Below are positions 32,252-42,381 of a stretch of DNA of 64,000 bases, piece by piece (positions within the stretch are counted from its first letter, which is position 1; each line of letters starts with the position of its first letter). The position numbers and the translations under genes were made by a program. Source of the DNA: Pelagomonas calceolata (Eukaryota); the NCBI GenBank assembly GCA_918797485.1, contig CAKKNE010000005.1, positions 4,960,001 through 5,024,000 of the forward strand, in the 5' to 3' direction. Below the pieces are notes generated by a model. That model did not search any database, was not told the DNA's origin, and saw only the letters and a list, made by a program, of their open reading frames with translations.

Positions 32252-32382
32252 TGGCGGCGCGCGGGACGCCTGCTCGTCACGGGCGTCCAGCGCGAAAGGT
32301 AGACCGATAAAGGAGGCCTTCTGGACCTCCCGCACTGCCGCAGCTGGATCACGAGGTCAGAAAGGCATTTATGCGGCCATAA

Positions 32383-34566
32383 ATGGCTGCAGAGCAGAGC
32401 AGTGGCAGCAATGCTTCTCCTGCCGAAAGAGCACCGGCCAAAGCTGCGCTATCGATCTTGGGTGCAATAACCGCAGCCCTATTTGCTGTCGCCGTAGCGG
32501 TCTCGCAACAACGGCACGATAATACGCCACGCCTCGACTTGCGCTACTGCGAGGGCGGGCTGCGGCCGCGACCCGCGTTTGCGCTAGCGCAGCCGCGCCG
32601 GTTTGCGCCAGTGCCACCCGCGGACGGCGCGGCGCCGGGCTGCGGCGCGCTACCGCCGGTGCGAGGTGCCTATCCCACCACTCGTAAGCTCGAGGACATC
32701 GTCGCAAGCTGGCCCATCAACGACACGCGCATTCACGCTCCAGTCGGCGGCCTCTGCCGCTTCGACTGGTCGAAATCCGAGGACCGCGTGAAGGCCCTCG
32801 CGTATCGACGGGCCGAGGTGCCCTTCCAGGCGTTCAACGTTCCCTCGCTGGACGCCGCCGTCGACCGGTGGAGCAGCGACGACTACGTAGGGAATATGTG
32901 GCACGGCGCCGCGACCGCGGAAGTTTCAACCTATCCACGCGGCGACTTCGCGCACGGGCCCAATCACTTCATGTTCCACCACGCGGGGAGCTCCGCCCAC
33001 GCACCGACGACCTCACGGAGCACGACGCTCCGGCAGTGGCTGGCGCGAGACGCCGCGGCGACGCCCGAGTACCTCTCGTTCGAGGTGCCGTACGCCCACG
33101 GCGGCGTCGACCGGCGCGGCGGCGGTGCTCGCGGCGAGAGCGTGTTGCACAAAGAGCTGCCGCTGTTCGATGCCGCAGTTCAATCGGATGAGAGCCGCTT
33201 TTTCGCGCCGGGCGAAGAGGACTTCGCGGACGCGCGCTGGCCCCGCGGCATCGTCTGCAAAGGCGGCGACGAAGGTGTAATTGGCGCGGAAGCGCACTGG
33301 GACGCGTCCCGCAACTTCATCGCACAAGTTCGGGGCGCGCGGCGGTTCATACTGGCGGACCCGGAAGAAGCCTGCGCCATGCAATTGTTGCCGCGGGGGC
33401 ACGCTTCGCACCGCCATTCTTCCGTAGATTGGTCGCAGCCTGCTACACAGTGGCCCGCGGAGCTCCGATCGGTCCGGGCGTACGACGTCGTGCAGCGTCC
33501 GGGTGATGTGCTCTATCTACCGCAGTACCACATGCACTACATCATCAGCCTCGATCGAAACCTGCAGTGCAACAGCGTGCGCGGTCGGGACCTGCGCGAA
33601 ACGCCAAAAACGAGGGAGTGCTTACAACTCGGGCCAAATTTCGAGTGCTCGCGGCCACCGACGGCGTTCGAAGTGCCGGTAGCGCTACTCGACGCCGATC
33701 GAGGACTAGTACGCGCCTGCGTCGTTGAGTTTGGCCCTCGGGAAGCGGAGCCCGCGGCCTATCCCATGTTTTCGGACTTGCCGCGTCCGCGGGGCGTGAG
33801 CTGCCGCGTCGTGGCGCTGGACGAACTAGTCGCAGATGCGCGGTGGCGGCTCGGCGGGCAGGGCGGGAGACCGGCGCTTGAGCCGTCGGGATTTGTTTTC
33901 CACCTCTCTCGCTCGGGCTCAACGCTCATCGCGAACTCGTTACAAACAGCACCGAAGGCGCTCGTGTTGTCGGAGCCGGAGATCCTGGCCGAGGTTCTCG
34001 CTCGCGCGCCCTCGCTGCTGAGGGACGTCTTCGAGGTTTTTGGGTCCTCCAACTACCACACGCACATGGTGGTTAAATGGCAAAGTGCCATGGTGGTCCA
34101 CGCGCAGAGACTGGCGGAGATATTCCCCGCGACGCCGTTAATCGTCGCCTACCGAGACCCGGCGGATATCCTCGCGGCGCACCTTTTCGAAGACAAACCG
34201 CCGTGCGCGGCGCCTTATCGGCCCGGAGACAAACTCGGCGAAGCCTCAGCGACGCTTCCGGGGGGCAACGGTGAAGACGTGGGCCGGCGCTGCGTCGCGC
34301 GCCTCGCGGCAACGATGGACGCGGCATTGGCGCTCGAAGACGCGACGTTCGTCGACTATGGCGAGCTTCCGGATGCCATTGACGACATCGCGGCGAGATT
34401 CGGCCTCCCGACCGTAAACGTGTCGCGCGTCGCCGGCGTCGACGCGAAAGCAGGAGGCGCCTACAAGAGTCTTGCCGCGACGAAGCGCGCCGCGCTCCCC
34501 GAGGATCTTTGGGCCTGGGCGGCGCCCCACCTCTCGCCGCGCTACGCCGCGCTGCGCCGTCGGTGA
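32383..34566 (+). CDS. Membrane-anchored JmjC (cupin-8) hydroxylase fused to a sulfotransferase-like domain
   Basis: N-terminal TM helix; AHWDASRNFIAQVRGARRF and PGDVLYLPQYHMH (HxD...H); GFVFHLSRSGSTL, VLSEP, YRDPADIL, FVDYGELP. Confidence 0.8.
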   Translation: MAAEQSSGSNASPAERAPAKAALSILGAITAALFAVAVAVSQQRHDNTPRLDLRYCEGGLRPRPAFALAQPRRFAPVPPADGAAPGCGALPPVRGAYPTTRKLEDIVASWPINDTRIHAPVGGLCRFDWSKSEDRVKALAYRRAEVPFQAFNVPSLDAAVDRWSSDDYVGNMWHGAATAEVSTYPRGDFAHGPNHFMFHHAGSSAHAPTTSRSTTLRQWLARDAAATPEYLSFEVPYAHGGVDRRGGGARGESVLHKELPLFDAAVQSDESRFFAPGEEDFADARWPRGIVCKGGDEGVIGAEAHWDASRNFIAQVRGARRFILADPEEACAMQLLPRGHASHRHSSVDWSQPATQWPAELRSVRAYDVVQRPGDVLYLPQYHMHYIISLDRNLQCNSVRGRDLRETPKTRECLQLGPNFECSRPPTAFEVPVALLDADRGLVRACVVEFGPREAEPAAYPMFSDLPRPRGVSCRVVALDELVADARWRLGGQGGRPALEPSGFVFHLSRSGSTLIANSLQTAPKALVLSEPEILAEVLARAPSLLRDVFEVFGSSNYHTHMVVKWQSAMVVHAQRLAEIFPATPLIVAYRDPADILAAHLFEDKPPCAAPYRPGDKLGEASATLPGGNGEDVGRRCVARLAATMDAALALEDATFVDYGELPDAIDDIAARFGLPTVNVSRVAGVDAKAGGAYKSLAATKRAALPEDLWAWAAPHLSPRYAALRRR

Positions 34567-34630
34567 GGCGAAGGAAACTGTTCATAGTAGTGTACATATA
34601 TTTGTTGATTTCAACTGAAACAGACACACA

Positions 34631-35389
34631 TCACTTACGCCGCCGCCGCCGCTTCCCGGAAGGCCGCGCCTCAACTAGCGCCTTGATTTCGTCCCCGTCC
34701 AACCACGAGTCGTCGGCACCTGCATTATATTTCCGCGCCGCCCCAGCCTCAACGGCGCGAGCCGCCGACGCGCCAACGACACCATCAGTGTTGCGAACCC
34801 CGAGCATCGCTGCGAGCGCCGCCGTATCCCCGGGACTCCGCACGCGCCACGCGTCCGGTGAGCCACACGACAGCACCAAGCCGCGCCCGCCATTCGTCAG
34901 GGCCGCCAGGCGCAGCCCCGTCGCCGTCAGGTGCCGCAGGCTCCGCGGCTGCCCGATCGAGTGAGCATAAGACACCTCGAAGGCCGCGCCCCGCTTGATC
35001 GCGACCTCCACGTCCTTACGCGCGACTGAAAAAGGCAGGCGCGCGCCGCAGGCGACAGAGATGAGGTCGACGTCGTTGCATGAGCACGCCGCTCGGAAGG
35101 CGTCGTCCGTCTCCGGCACGGCCGCGACGATGTCAAACGCGTTCAGCACCTTCTGCGGCACGCTCACGCGCGGCGCGTCGAGGCGCACGGTCAGGCGCTT
35201 CAGGAGACGCAGCCGCGGCGTCGTCTTCAGCGTTTCGACGTCGCGCGGTTCGCCCCAGTCGAGCGGTTTTGCATCGCTGGCGTGCGCGGCGTCGCAGAGC
35301 GTTTCAAGCGCCACCGAGGCGTAGCCCAGCGCGTAGGCGCGCTCCGCAGCCGCTACTGAGCCGCAGCGCAGCTCGTGGGCGTCCTGCAT
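34631..35389 (-). CDS. RPP30: RNase P/MRP subunit p30
   Basis: LKRLTV, FDIVAAVP..AFRAAC..VDLIS, AIKRGAAFEVSY, GLVLSCG..RSPGD. Confidence 0.88.
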   Translation of the reverse strand: MQDAHELRCGSVAAAERAYALGYASVALETLCDAAHASDAKPLDWGEPRDVETLKTTPRLRLLKRLTVRLDAPRVSVPQKVLNAFDIVAAVPETDDAFRAACSCNDVDLISVACGARLPFSVARKDVEVAIKRGAAFEVSYAHSIGQPRSLRHLTATGLRLAALTNGGRGLVLSCGSPDAWRVRSPGDTAALAAMLGVRNTDGVVGASAARAVEAGAARKYNAGADDSWLDGDEIKALVEARPSGKRRRRRK

Positions 35390-35583
35390 TTTCGCTGCGA
35401 CGGCGTCTGCCCTTTGCTGCAGCAATGCTGCTGGCCCGGGCTGGCTGCTGGCTGGCGAGCTGTTTCCGGCAGGCGAAGCTCTTTCGCACTGCGTCGAATA
35501 GTAGTGTGCGCCTCTCTCTGCGCTACCTCTGCCGCTCCTAGGCCGCACCAGCACGTTTTTTGTGAGCCAGAGTCTGGCCGATT

Positions 35584-35606
35584 GCTAGCGGACTGTAAGA
35601 CACTAG
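35584..35606 (-). promoter_or_regulatory. CTAG-TGTCTTAC intergenic motif copy
   Basis: Reverse complement CTAGTGTCTTACAGTCCGCTAGC; 195 bp from ATG 35389(-) and 267 bp from ATG 35873(+). Confidence 0.8.
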
Positions 35607-35646
35607 AAAACAGTGCCGGACGCCGATCCAGCCCTTAATCTCGTCC

Positions 35647-35673
35647 GTACTGCTGGTACTGCTGGTACTGCTG
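35647..35673. repeat. 9-bp microrepeat x3 (GTACTGCTG)
   Basis: GTACTGCTGGTACTGCTGGTACTGCTG in the RPP30/DUF1995 intergenic region. Confidence 0.8.
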
Positions 35674-35872
35674 CATTTCATTATTTGCTCGGTGCGTCAG
35701 CCACACGCCTGCATCACCTCAGACGCCAGGCAGCGCGGCGGGCCATCGGTATCGGGTCTGCCAGCAGTGTGCACCCAGCATTGCCTTTATAGCAGCCTCA
35801 GCTCCCTGCAGAGCTCGAACTGCGATACCTGCAGCTTGCGAAGGTCGCGAACTGCGAAACCTGCAGCTTGCA

Positions 35873-37215
35873 ATGGCCAGCATGATACTGCTGTGCACAC
35901 TCGCAGCGTCAGCGGCAGCATTGGTAGCGCCGCCGGGTCGGACGCAGTTGGCGCCGCGCGCCACCACGCGCCGCACGGCGTTGCCGAGCGACATTGGTCT
36001 CGAGGACGCCTTCGACGGGCTCTTCGACGTGCTCGAGAACGCGTACACCTCGGGCGCCGTCGTGGACTTTACCTCCGCGGCGAGCGCCGCCGCCGACACC
36101 TTTGCAGCCGCTGACCCCGTGGTCCAGGCGGGCGCCGCGGCGGTAGCTTTAGCGGGCGGCGCCGCGTCCGTCTTCCGGCCGCCGCCCAAATTCCCGACGA
36201 TCTACGGGTCGTGGTTCGGCGACAAGATGAGCGCAGACATGCGCGCATGCATTTCTGCCGGTCTGCGGAGCGGCCTCACGGCCATGGAGGTGCGGACCAG
36301 TGCATAAATCAAATTGTCGCGGCATTTCTACTCACTGGTGTTGATTTGCGCACAGGTGCGCACGCAAGCGCTGCCGAACCTCGACGAGGCCAAGTTCGGC
36401 ACCCCCACCAATGAAAAATTTCAGATCGAGTGCGCGCGGAGTTTGGGGTTGTCGAGCGGGCCGACGAAGCCCCAATCTACAGGAAAAGTGGACGCCGGCG
36501 GCCTCCAGAAGTCCGTGAAGCGCTTCGACTCGAACTACATGCTCGTGAAGCGCGACCCGGTCGCCTACGCCAACGTCTGGTGGGCCCAACGAATAGCGCC
36601 GGCATTAGGTTCCAGAAGGAAGATCTGGGTCTTGCTCGCGGAAGGCCGCGTCGACACGTCGGCCTGCTCAAAGCTGCCGCGGAATTTTGTGGTGAAACCG
36701 CTCGAGTCGAAGGACGTCCAGGTCACGTCCAGAGATGCCGTGATTGTCGTGGCGCCCGGCGTGACGCAGTCGTGGAAGATCGGCTACGACCTAGCAACGA
36801 ACGCGGGCGCCCCGGTCGTCTTCCTCAACTCCCAGCTCTCGGAACGGTACTCGCTCGGTGGGCCGCTGGACGACGTCGAGGAGGTCTACTACCTCAAGCC
36901 CATCTCCAAGGGCTTCGTGTATCGGGCCTACCCCGGGGGCTGGCAGTGCATCCCTGCGTGGAAATCAACCAGTGTGTCGGGTGCTCCGTCGAGTGGTGAG
37001 GAACCGGCCGAACGCGCCGTAAAATTTGATTTCCACACAGGTGCATCCTTGACAAGCCGGATGGGACTCAAGAGAAGCTCCAGGAGTACGCCGCGGGGGA
37101 ACGGCCGACGCTCGGCGAGCTCTCGCAACTGACGCGGAGCGTGTCCCAGGAGAAGTTCGGCGCGGCGATGAACGACAAGTTCACGAACGACCCGCGCATG
37201 GGGGGGCGGATGTAA
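35873..37215 (+). CDS. Plastid-targeted DUF1995-like protein, 3 exons (35873-36289, 36356-36945, 37041-37215; 393 aa)
   Basis: Signal peptide ..ASAAA-L; PVVFLN, VYYLKP..GFVYRAYPGGWQ..RPTLGEL; both introner introns restore the frame to TAA at 37213-37215. Confidence 0.8.
36298..36355 (+). mobile_element. Minimal introner element IE6 (58 bp) forming GT-AG intron 36290-36355
   Basis: TIR CAGTGCATAAATCAA / TTGATTTGCGCACAG; TSD GTGCGGAC / GTGCGCAC. Confidence 0.88.
36954..37040 (+). mobile_element. Introner element IE7 (87 bp) forming GT-AG intron 36946-37040
   Basis: TIR CTGCGTGGAAATCAA / TTGATTTCCACACAG; perfect TSD GTGCATCC. Confidence 0.92.
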
Positions 37216-37696
37216 CGTGCCGTTCTCTAACTCGCGGCGATGGCGTGGGGGTGGTGCGTCGTAGGCATGACATGGGGCCCCGCCGCGTCGACGGCGTCGA
37301 CCTCGAACGGTCCGTACGTCGGCCGCATGTTTCTCGGTGACGTTGCCAGGGCTAGTGGGCGGGCCTCCCGCAGGGGAGACACCGTGCGTGCGGATTCACC
37401 GGCCTTGCCACGACCAGAGCTCCCAAATACCCGCACGAAAGCAAAGCTTCCGAGCTCTTTATCCGTCTGATTGTGTCCGAGACCCGTCGTCGGGCAGCAA
37501 AGACGCGTAATCTGGGGCCCGTCTCGGCTGTGCTTGCTGTCATACCACACGGCTCAGCGCGTGGGGATCGCGGTCGACCGGTGCAGCACCTCAGCGTAGA
37601 AAACGACGTGTTTACATGCCCTTAGTGCAGCGAGAGCCCGCCCTTGCAATTTTTCGCGTGTGCGTGCTAAAACTCTCCCTCACAGGTGCAGCCATC

Positions 37697-38812
37697 ATGA
37701 TGAAGCTGCTAATCGTGGCGAGCGCGGCCAGCGCCTGGTCGCTGGGGGTAAAAGGGACCCTGCCGAAGCTCAACAACCGCGCCCTGCAAAGCACGCAGCA
37801 GCGGCAGCAGCAGGTCGTCGCGACGGCGCCGGCCTCGGCCACGGCGCTCAAGGCGACTGAAGTCACGGGCGGCGCCAAGGCCGAGGATGGGCTCATGGAG
37901 ACGCTCAAGACGGGGTCCTTCTTCGCGCTCTGGTACCTCTTCAACATTGGGTACAACATCTACAACAAGAAGGCCCTCAACGTGCTGCCCATGCCCTGGA
38001 CGCTCGCGACTTTACAGCTCTTCGCGGGTATCCCCTACGTCTTACTGCTCTGGTCCACGGGCGCCCGAAAGACGCCGAAGCTGACGCAGGACAACCTCAA
38101 GACGCTCTTCCCGGTGGCGTGCGGTCACCTCGGCACGCACATCGGCGCTGTTATTTCTCTAGGAGCCGGCGCCGTCTCCTTCACGCACATCGTCAAGGCT
38201 TCCGAGCCCGTCGTGTCGGCCGCGCTCTCGGCAGTGATGCTGGGCGCGTTCTACAGCCCGATCACCTACCTCACGTTACTCCCCATCGTGGGTGGTGTCG
38301 CCCTCGCCTCATTGAAGGAGCTTTCGTTCACGTGGCTCGGCTTCGGCGCCGCCATGCTCTCCAACGTCTCGTCCGCTCTCCGAGGCATCCTCGCGAAGAA
38401 GACCATGGGCGGCGGCGTCGGCGAAAACATGAACGAGACGAACCTGTACGCCGTGATGACGATCATGGCCTTCGCGGTGTTGTTACCTGTTTCACTACTG
38501 GTCGAGACGCCCAAGGCCGTCGGCGCCGCCATCAACACCGCCGTCGCCGCGGGCACGTCGAAGAAGGACCTCGCCATCCTCTCCGCCCTGTCGGGCGCGT
38601 ACTACTACCTCTACAACGAGGTCGCCTTCCTCGCGCTCGGCCGCGTGAACCCCGTGACGCACGCCGTCGGCAACACGATCAAGCGCGTCGTGATCATCAT
38701 CGCGTCGGTCATCGCCTTCAACACGCCGATCAGCCGCCTGGGCGTCATCGGCTCGTCGATCGCCATCACGGGCACGCTGCTATACTCGTTGGCCAAGAAC
38801 AAGTACGGCTAG
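37697..38812 (+). CDS. TPT: Plastid triose-phosphate/phosphate translocator family protein
   Basis: Bipartite presequence (ASA-W); WYLFNIGYNIYNKK, AVSFTHIVKASEP, THAVGNTIKRVVII. Confidence 0.93.
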   Translation: MMKLLIVASAASAWSLGVKGTLPKLNNRALQSTQQRQQQVVATAPASATALKATEVTGGAKAEDGLMETLKTGSFFALWYLFNIGYNIYNKKALNVLPMPWTLATLQLFAGIPYVLLLWSTGARKTPKLTQDNLKTLFPVACGHLGTHIGAVISLGAGAVSFTHIVKASEPVVSAALSAVMLGAFYSPITYLTLLPIVGGVALASLKELSFTWLGFGAAMLSNVSSALRGILAKKTMGGGVGENMNETNLYAVMTIMAFAVLLPVSLLVETPKAVGAAINTAVAAGTSKKDLAILSALSGAYYYLYNEVAFLALGRVNPVTHAVGNTIKRVVIIIASVIAFNTPISRLGVIGSSIAITGTLLYSLAKNKYG

Positions 38813-39128
38813 GTGGTGGTTGCGTTGCGCGCGGCCGCGCACCCCGTCATAAAGGTCTTAGTCGCTCATCGTAAGACCGGTCGTGTTTCCTGGACGCGTC
38901 GACGGCGTGCCCGGGGGGGGGCGCGCCGCCGGGCGGCGGGCCCGCCTGCAGGCGCCGCGGCGGCGAATCCGCGGCGAGCCTCCCGGGACGTCTCCCGGGG
39001 CCCCGTAATCTACTTGTCTACCGTGACGGAGTCACCACATGATAAAGTTAGCATTCGGGGGAAGCGGCCGCAGGCGCAGACAGCGGGGTAGAAGAAAGTT
39101 TGGCGAGAAGAAAGTTTGGCGGGCTATG

Positions 39129-40055
39129 CTAGCACTCGGCCGCGCGCGCGTCGCGCGGCCTGACTTGCGCCACCTCCGCTATTTCACCACTCGCCATCCT
39201 TACCACAAAGGGTCTCTTGGTCGGCGACGACAACAACACGGCGGCATCGACCTCCGCGTCGGACGTCGGCACCCAAACTGTTGGATAGGCGTCGAGCGAG
39301 GGCCGCCGCCGCGGCGTTCCGGGAGGTTTTGGTAGAGACGGGTCCGCCGGCAGGATCAAATGTCTACGACGAGCGTGCACGGGAATCTGGTCCTGCGTCA
39401 AATCATAGGCACAGAGGCTGATGGGACAGGGCGCGTCTTTTTTGTCGTCCCCCTTGATCACCTTGATTTTGGCTTTTGTGACCGGATCCAGCATGGACCG
39501 CACCATCTTCACGAGCGTCGTGGCCCAGCCCGGCAAGGGATAAATAATGATCCTCCTCAATCTTTCGGGATACATGTCGGGAATCAGCGACGCCAGTGCG
39601 CGAAAAAAAGGCATCGCGGCCGTGGCCGGTTTGTTGTGCCAGCCCGGCCCCGAGCCGCCTCTCGTATCTACTAACACCACAATCCTTCGATCCGAATCCT
39701 TCAACAGCACCTGATCCATCAGTACACACATTTGGGCGACGTATGCCTGCTTATCAATCTGCGTAGAATAGCGCGCGCCCTCGACCAAGACGACCTGGTC
39801 GCCGCGTCTCGTCCTCCCACCGAGCGTCGCGAACTGGGGAGCTTGCTGCTGGACGGGTGCTGCTCTTTCTTGTAAACGTGCCGGCGCGCCTTCATCTGAA
39901 CGCCACTTGAGGTAGTTCCGATAAAGCTTGAGCGCGTCCTTGGGCGTTTTCCTTGCCGTCGCGAACCTCAAGACCTCGGCGGCCGGCGCGTCGGGGTAGT
40001 GCAGCCGCAAAGCTTGGAGGTTGGCGGCTGGCGCCGTGCGCGGCGTCGCCGGCAT
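39129..40055 (-). CDS. CRAL-TRIO (Sec14-like) lipid-binding protein
   Basis: VLRFATARK..YLKWR, VVLVD, YPERLRRIII..LDPVTKAKI. ATG at 40055. Confidence 0.85.
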   Translation of the reverse strand: MPATPRTAPAANLQALRLHYPDAPAAEVLRFATARKTPKDALKLYRNYLKWRSDEGAPARLQERAAPVQQQAPQFATLGGRTRRGDQVVLVEGARYSTQIDKQAYVAQMCVLMDQVLLKDSDRRIVVLVDTRGGSGPGWHNKPATAAMPFFRALASLIPDMYPERLRRIIIYPLPGWATTLVKMVRSMLDPVTKAKIKVIKGDDKKDAPCPISLCAYDLTQDQIPVHARRRHLILPADPSLPKPPGTPRRRPSLDAYPTVWVPTSDAEVDAAVLLSSPTKRPFVVRMASGEIAEVAQVRPRDARAAEC

Positions 40056-40555
40056 GGGTCCGGGCTGCCTTCCTCCGCGCGCGTGGGCTGCCTTTTGCCT
40101 TCGCTTGCACCGCACGAGCTTGCGGTGCACTCTTTGCTGCGTTTGGCTCGCGCGCCACAGCCTTGTTAATTTCAAGCTTTGAGCTAGGCTCGCATACTAG
40201 GACGGGTTAACAGGCGTATCGAGGGGCCCGAATACGTCTCCGCGGGACGACAGGCTTGCGTTGCGCAGGCTTCCCAACCCGAACCTAGCGCCAAAAAGGA
40301 ACGTCTAGATCGAGAGCATATTGTTTATTGCACTCCCCCGCGTCCCACGAGCGTCTTTGCTGGCGCGCGGCCCGCGCCGTCGCGGCGGTGCCAGCGCTGC
40401 GTAACGGGGCAAAAAGCGCGTCGTCGGGGCTGCCCCGGCGCCGCGCCCAGCTGTTTTCCGCTGCAGTGCCAAGCACAGCCCGATGCGCGCGCGCGCGGCT
40501 GGAGCGGCACTGCGCCAACCCGAAACGCGCACGCAGGTCCCTTCCCACCATCACC

Positions 40556-40984
40556 ATGCGCGCCATCCTTCTCTTAGCCGTCGGTGCCGCCGCGCTCAAG
40601 GCGCCGAAGCAGACGGCCCTCGCCGTCCGCGGCGGCGGCGACGACAGCACGAACGAGATCATCATGAAGGTTTCGGCGGCGGCTGCCACGGCGTCGGGCG
40701 CGCTCACGATCCTCGACAAGAGCGACCTCGTCGAGAAGTACATCTTCTTCGGCCTCAACCCCGCGACGTCTGGCGCGGCCTACGGCGTCGCCCTCCTGGG
40801 CTGGGGCGTGGGCAAGATCAACGCCGTGCAATCGGGGGCCAAGTCGATCAAGAATTTCGCGAAGCTCAACCTCATCCCGATGGCCTGCTGGATCGCGACG
40901 AACTTCCAGAACGACGCGCCGATGACCGAGAACATCTTCCCGGGCCTCTTCGCCGCGGCCTACGCCTACATCGTCTGGGGCTGA
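40556..40984 (+). CDS. Small membrane protein with signal peptide and LAVRGG presequence motif
   Basis: MRAILLLAVGAAA..ALAVRGG followed by 3-4 hydrophobic helices; strong GC3 bias. Confidence 0.75.
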   Translation: MRAILLLAVGAAALKAPKQTALAVRGGGDDSTNEIIMKVSAAAATASGALTILDKSDLVEKYIFFGLNPATSGAAYGVALLGWGVGKINAVQSGAKSIKNFAKLNLIPMACWIATNFQNDAPMTENIFPGLFAAAYAYIVWG

Positions 40985-41083
40985 AGCGTGTGCCCGGATC
41001 GACCGACCGGACATAAGTAGCTAGTAGCAACATTCTTACGCGCGCCAGCCACGCGCCCGCCGCCGCGGCACTTTACGTCTCAT

Positions 41084-41755
41084 TTATCTCGGCGAGACCG
41101 TGATCTCCTCCTTGTCGGCCACCAAATCGCCGGCGATGAACGCGTTCCAGGACTCGATCGGCCAGACGAAGTTCGAGAACATGATCGTCAGCGCGAGCGG
41201 CACGTCGATGATGATCTCTTTTTCGGCGGGGTTCTTCGTCTTGGCGACCGTGCGCAGGTACTTGCGGCCCGCCGTGCCGATCCAGCCCGTCGTGTAGAGG
41301 AAGCCCAGGCCCGGGAGCACGAACTGCGGGAAGTACGTCGGGTCGCCGTTCGCGATGAGGTGCGGCAGGCCGTCCTTGCCACATAATAAGTTGGAGTCGG
41401 CGTAGCGCTTGAAGCGGTTGTTCGCCTGGTTCAGCGTCTGTTCCAGGGCGAGGTACGGCGGGCTTCCGGGCTCGTACTTCTTCATGCGGCCTTCCAGCGT
41501 GGCGACCGTCTTGCGCTGCCGCTTGCCGAACTGCTTCGACGTCGCGCAGTCCTCGAGCTGCTTGTAGTAGATCGAGCCGGGCTGGCCGCCCGCGGCGAGC
41601 GCCGCGTCGGAGCCGGCGAGCAGGGCGCCGCCGAGCGCGGCGGCGCCGGCGGCCCTCCGGAGCACGGCGCCGGTCTTCGGCGGCGCGGCCGTCATCGTCG
41701 GCGCCAGCCGCAGCGCCGAGGCGCCCGCGGCGAGGGCGACGAGGAGCCGGGCCAT
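41084..41755 (-). CDS. psaF: Photosystem I subunit III (PsaF), nucleus-encoded with tripartite presequence
   Basis: LLCGKDGLPHLI, FVLPGLGFLYTTGWIGTAGRKYL, EKEIIIDVPLA, EITVSPR. Confidence 0.96.
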   Translation of the reverse strand: MARLLVALAAGASALRLAPTMTAAPPKTGAVLRRAAGAAALGGALLAGSDAALAAGGQPGSIYYKQLEDCATSKQFGKRQRKTVATLEGRMKKYEPGSPPYLALEQTLNQANNRFKRYADSNLLCGKDGLPHLIANGDPTYFPQFVLPGLGFLYTTGWIGTAGRKYLRTVAKTKNPAEKEIIIDVPLALTIMFSNFVWPIESWNAFIAGDLVADKEEITVSPR

Positions 41756-42381
41756 CTTTACGCTACCTGTGAGGGGACGCGGTGTGATTTGACGCCCTTT
41801 TGGTTGCTGCGGTGCGTTTCGGGAGCCTCTCGTCGTCCGATGTCGAGTTCTGTTTCTTCTGAGTGCTCTTCCGGCCAGCGCAGCCTCAGTGTAGGCTCAG
41901 GGCCAGCGCGCCGCGCGGCGTGCGACAGCGCTATCAGTTTCTGAAGCGCGCCTCCGTAGCGCGCGCGCGGCTGAGAGACCTTCCAAGCAGGTGCCGCTTG
42001 AGTTCAGCTAACTCGTATCGCACGGCGATTTTTGGCCGCGAGCGGTGCTGGCGGCTGCAATAGTGGTCGATCGAACTCCTCGCGCCGCTCGGTTGACTTT
42101 TTTAGGGGCGCTGCTGTGCACCAAAAGCTGGTTGACTCCGCAGGATGCCGAGGTAGAGGTACTTTTGGTGAAAGATCGCGGTACTTTTACCCCACCCAAA
42201 GTACCTTACCTCATCGCTTGGAGGGCTCGAGCCCTAAAAGGCCGTGCGTATGGCGTCGAACGCCATGCGACCGCTGCAGGGAGACATGCTGCCCGTGTAA
42301 AGAGCCACGGCGCCGCGCCGAGCGCTCGGCAGACTCGTCGAAACGCACGCGGGGAAGAGGCACGAGATAAAGAAAAGCCAC

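Noticed and set aside
34604..34630. Introner TIR in the 34567-34630 spacer
   Set aside because: Only TTGATTTC matches; no partner TIR or TSD; AT-rich convergent 3' region.
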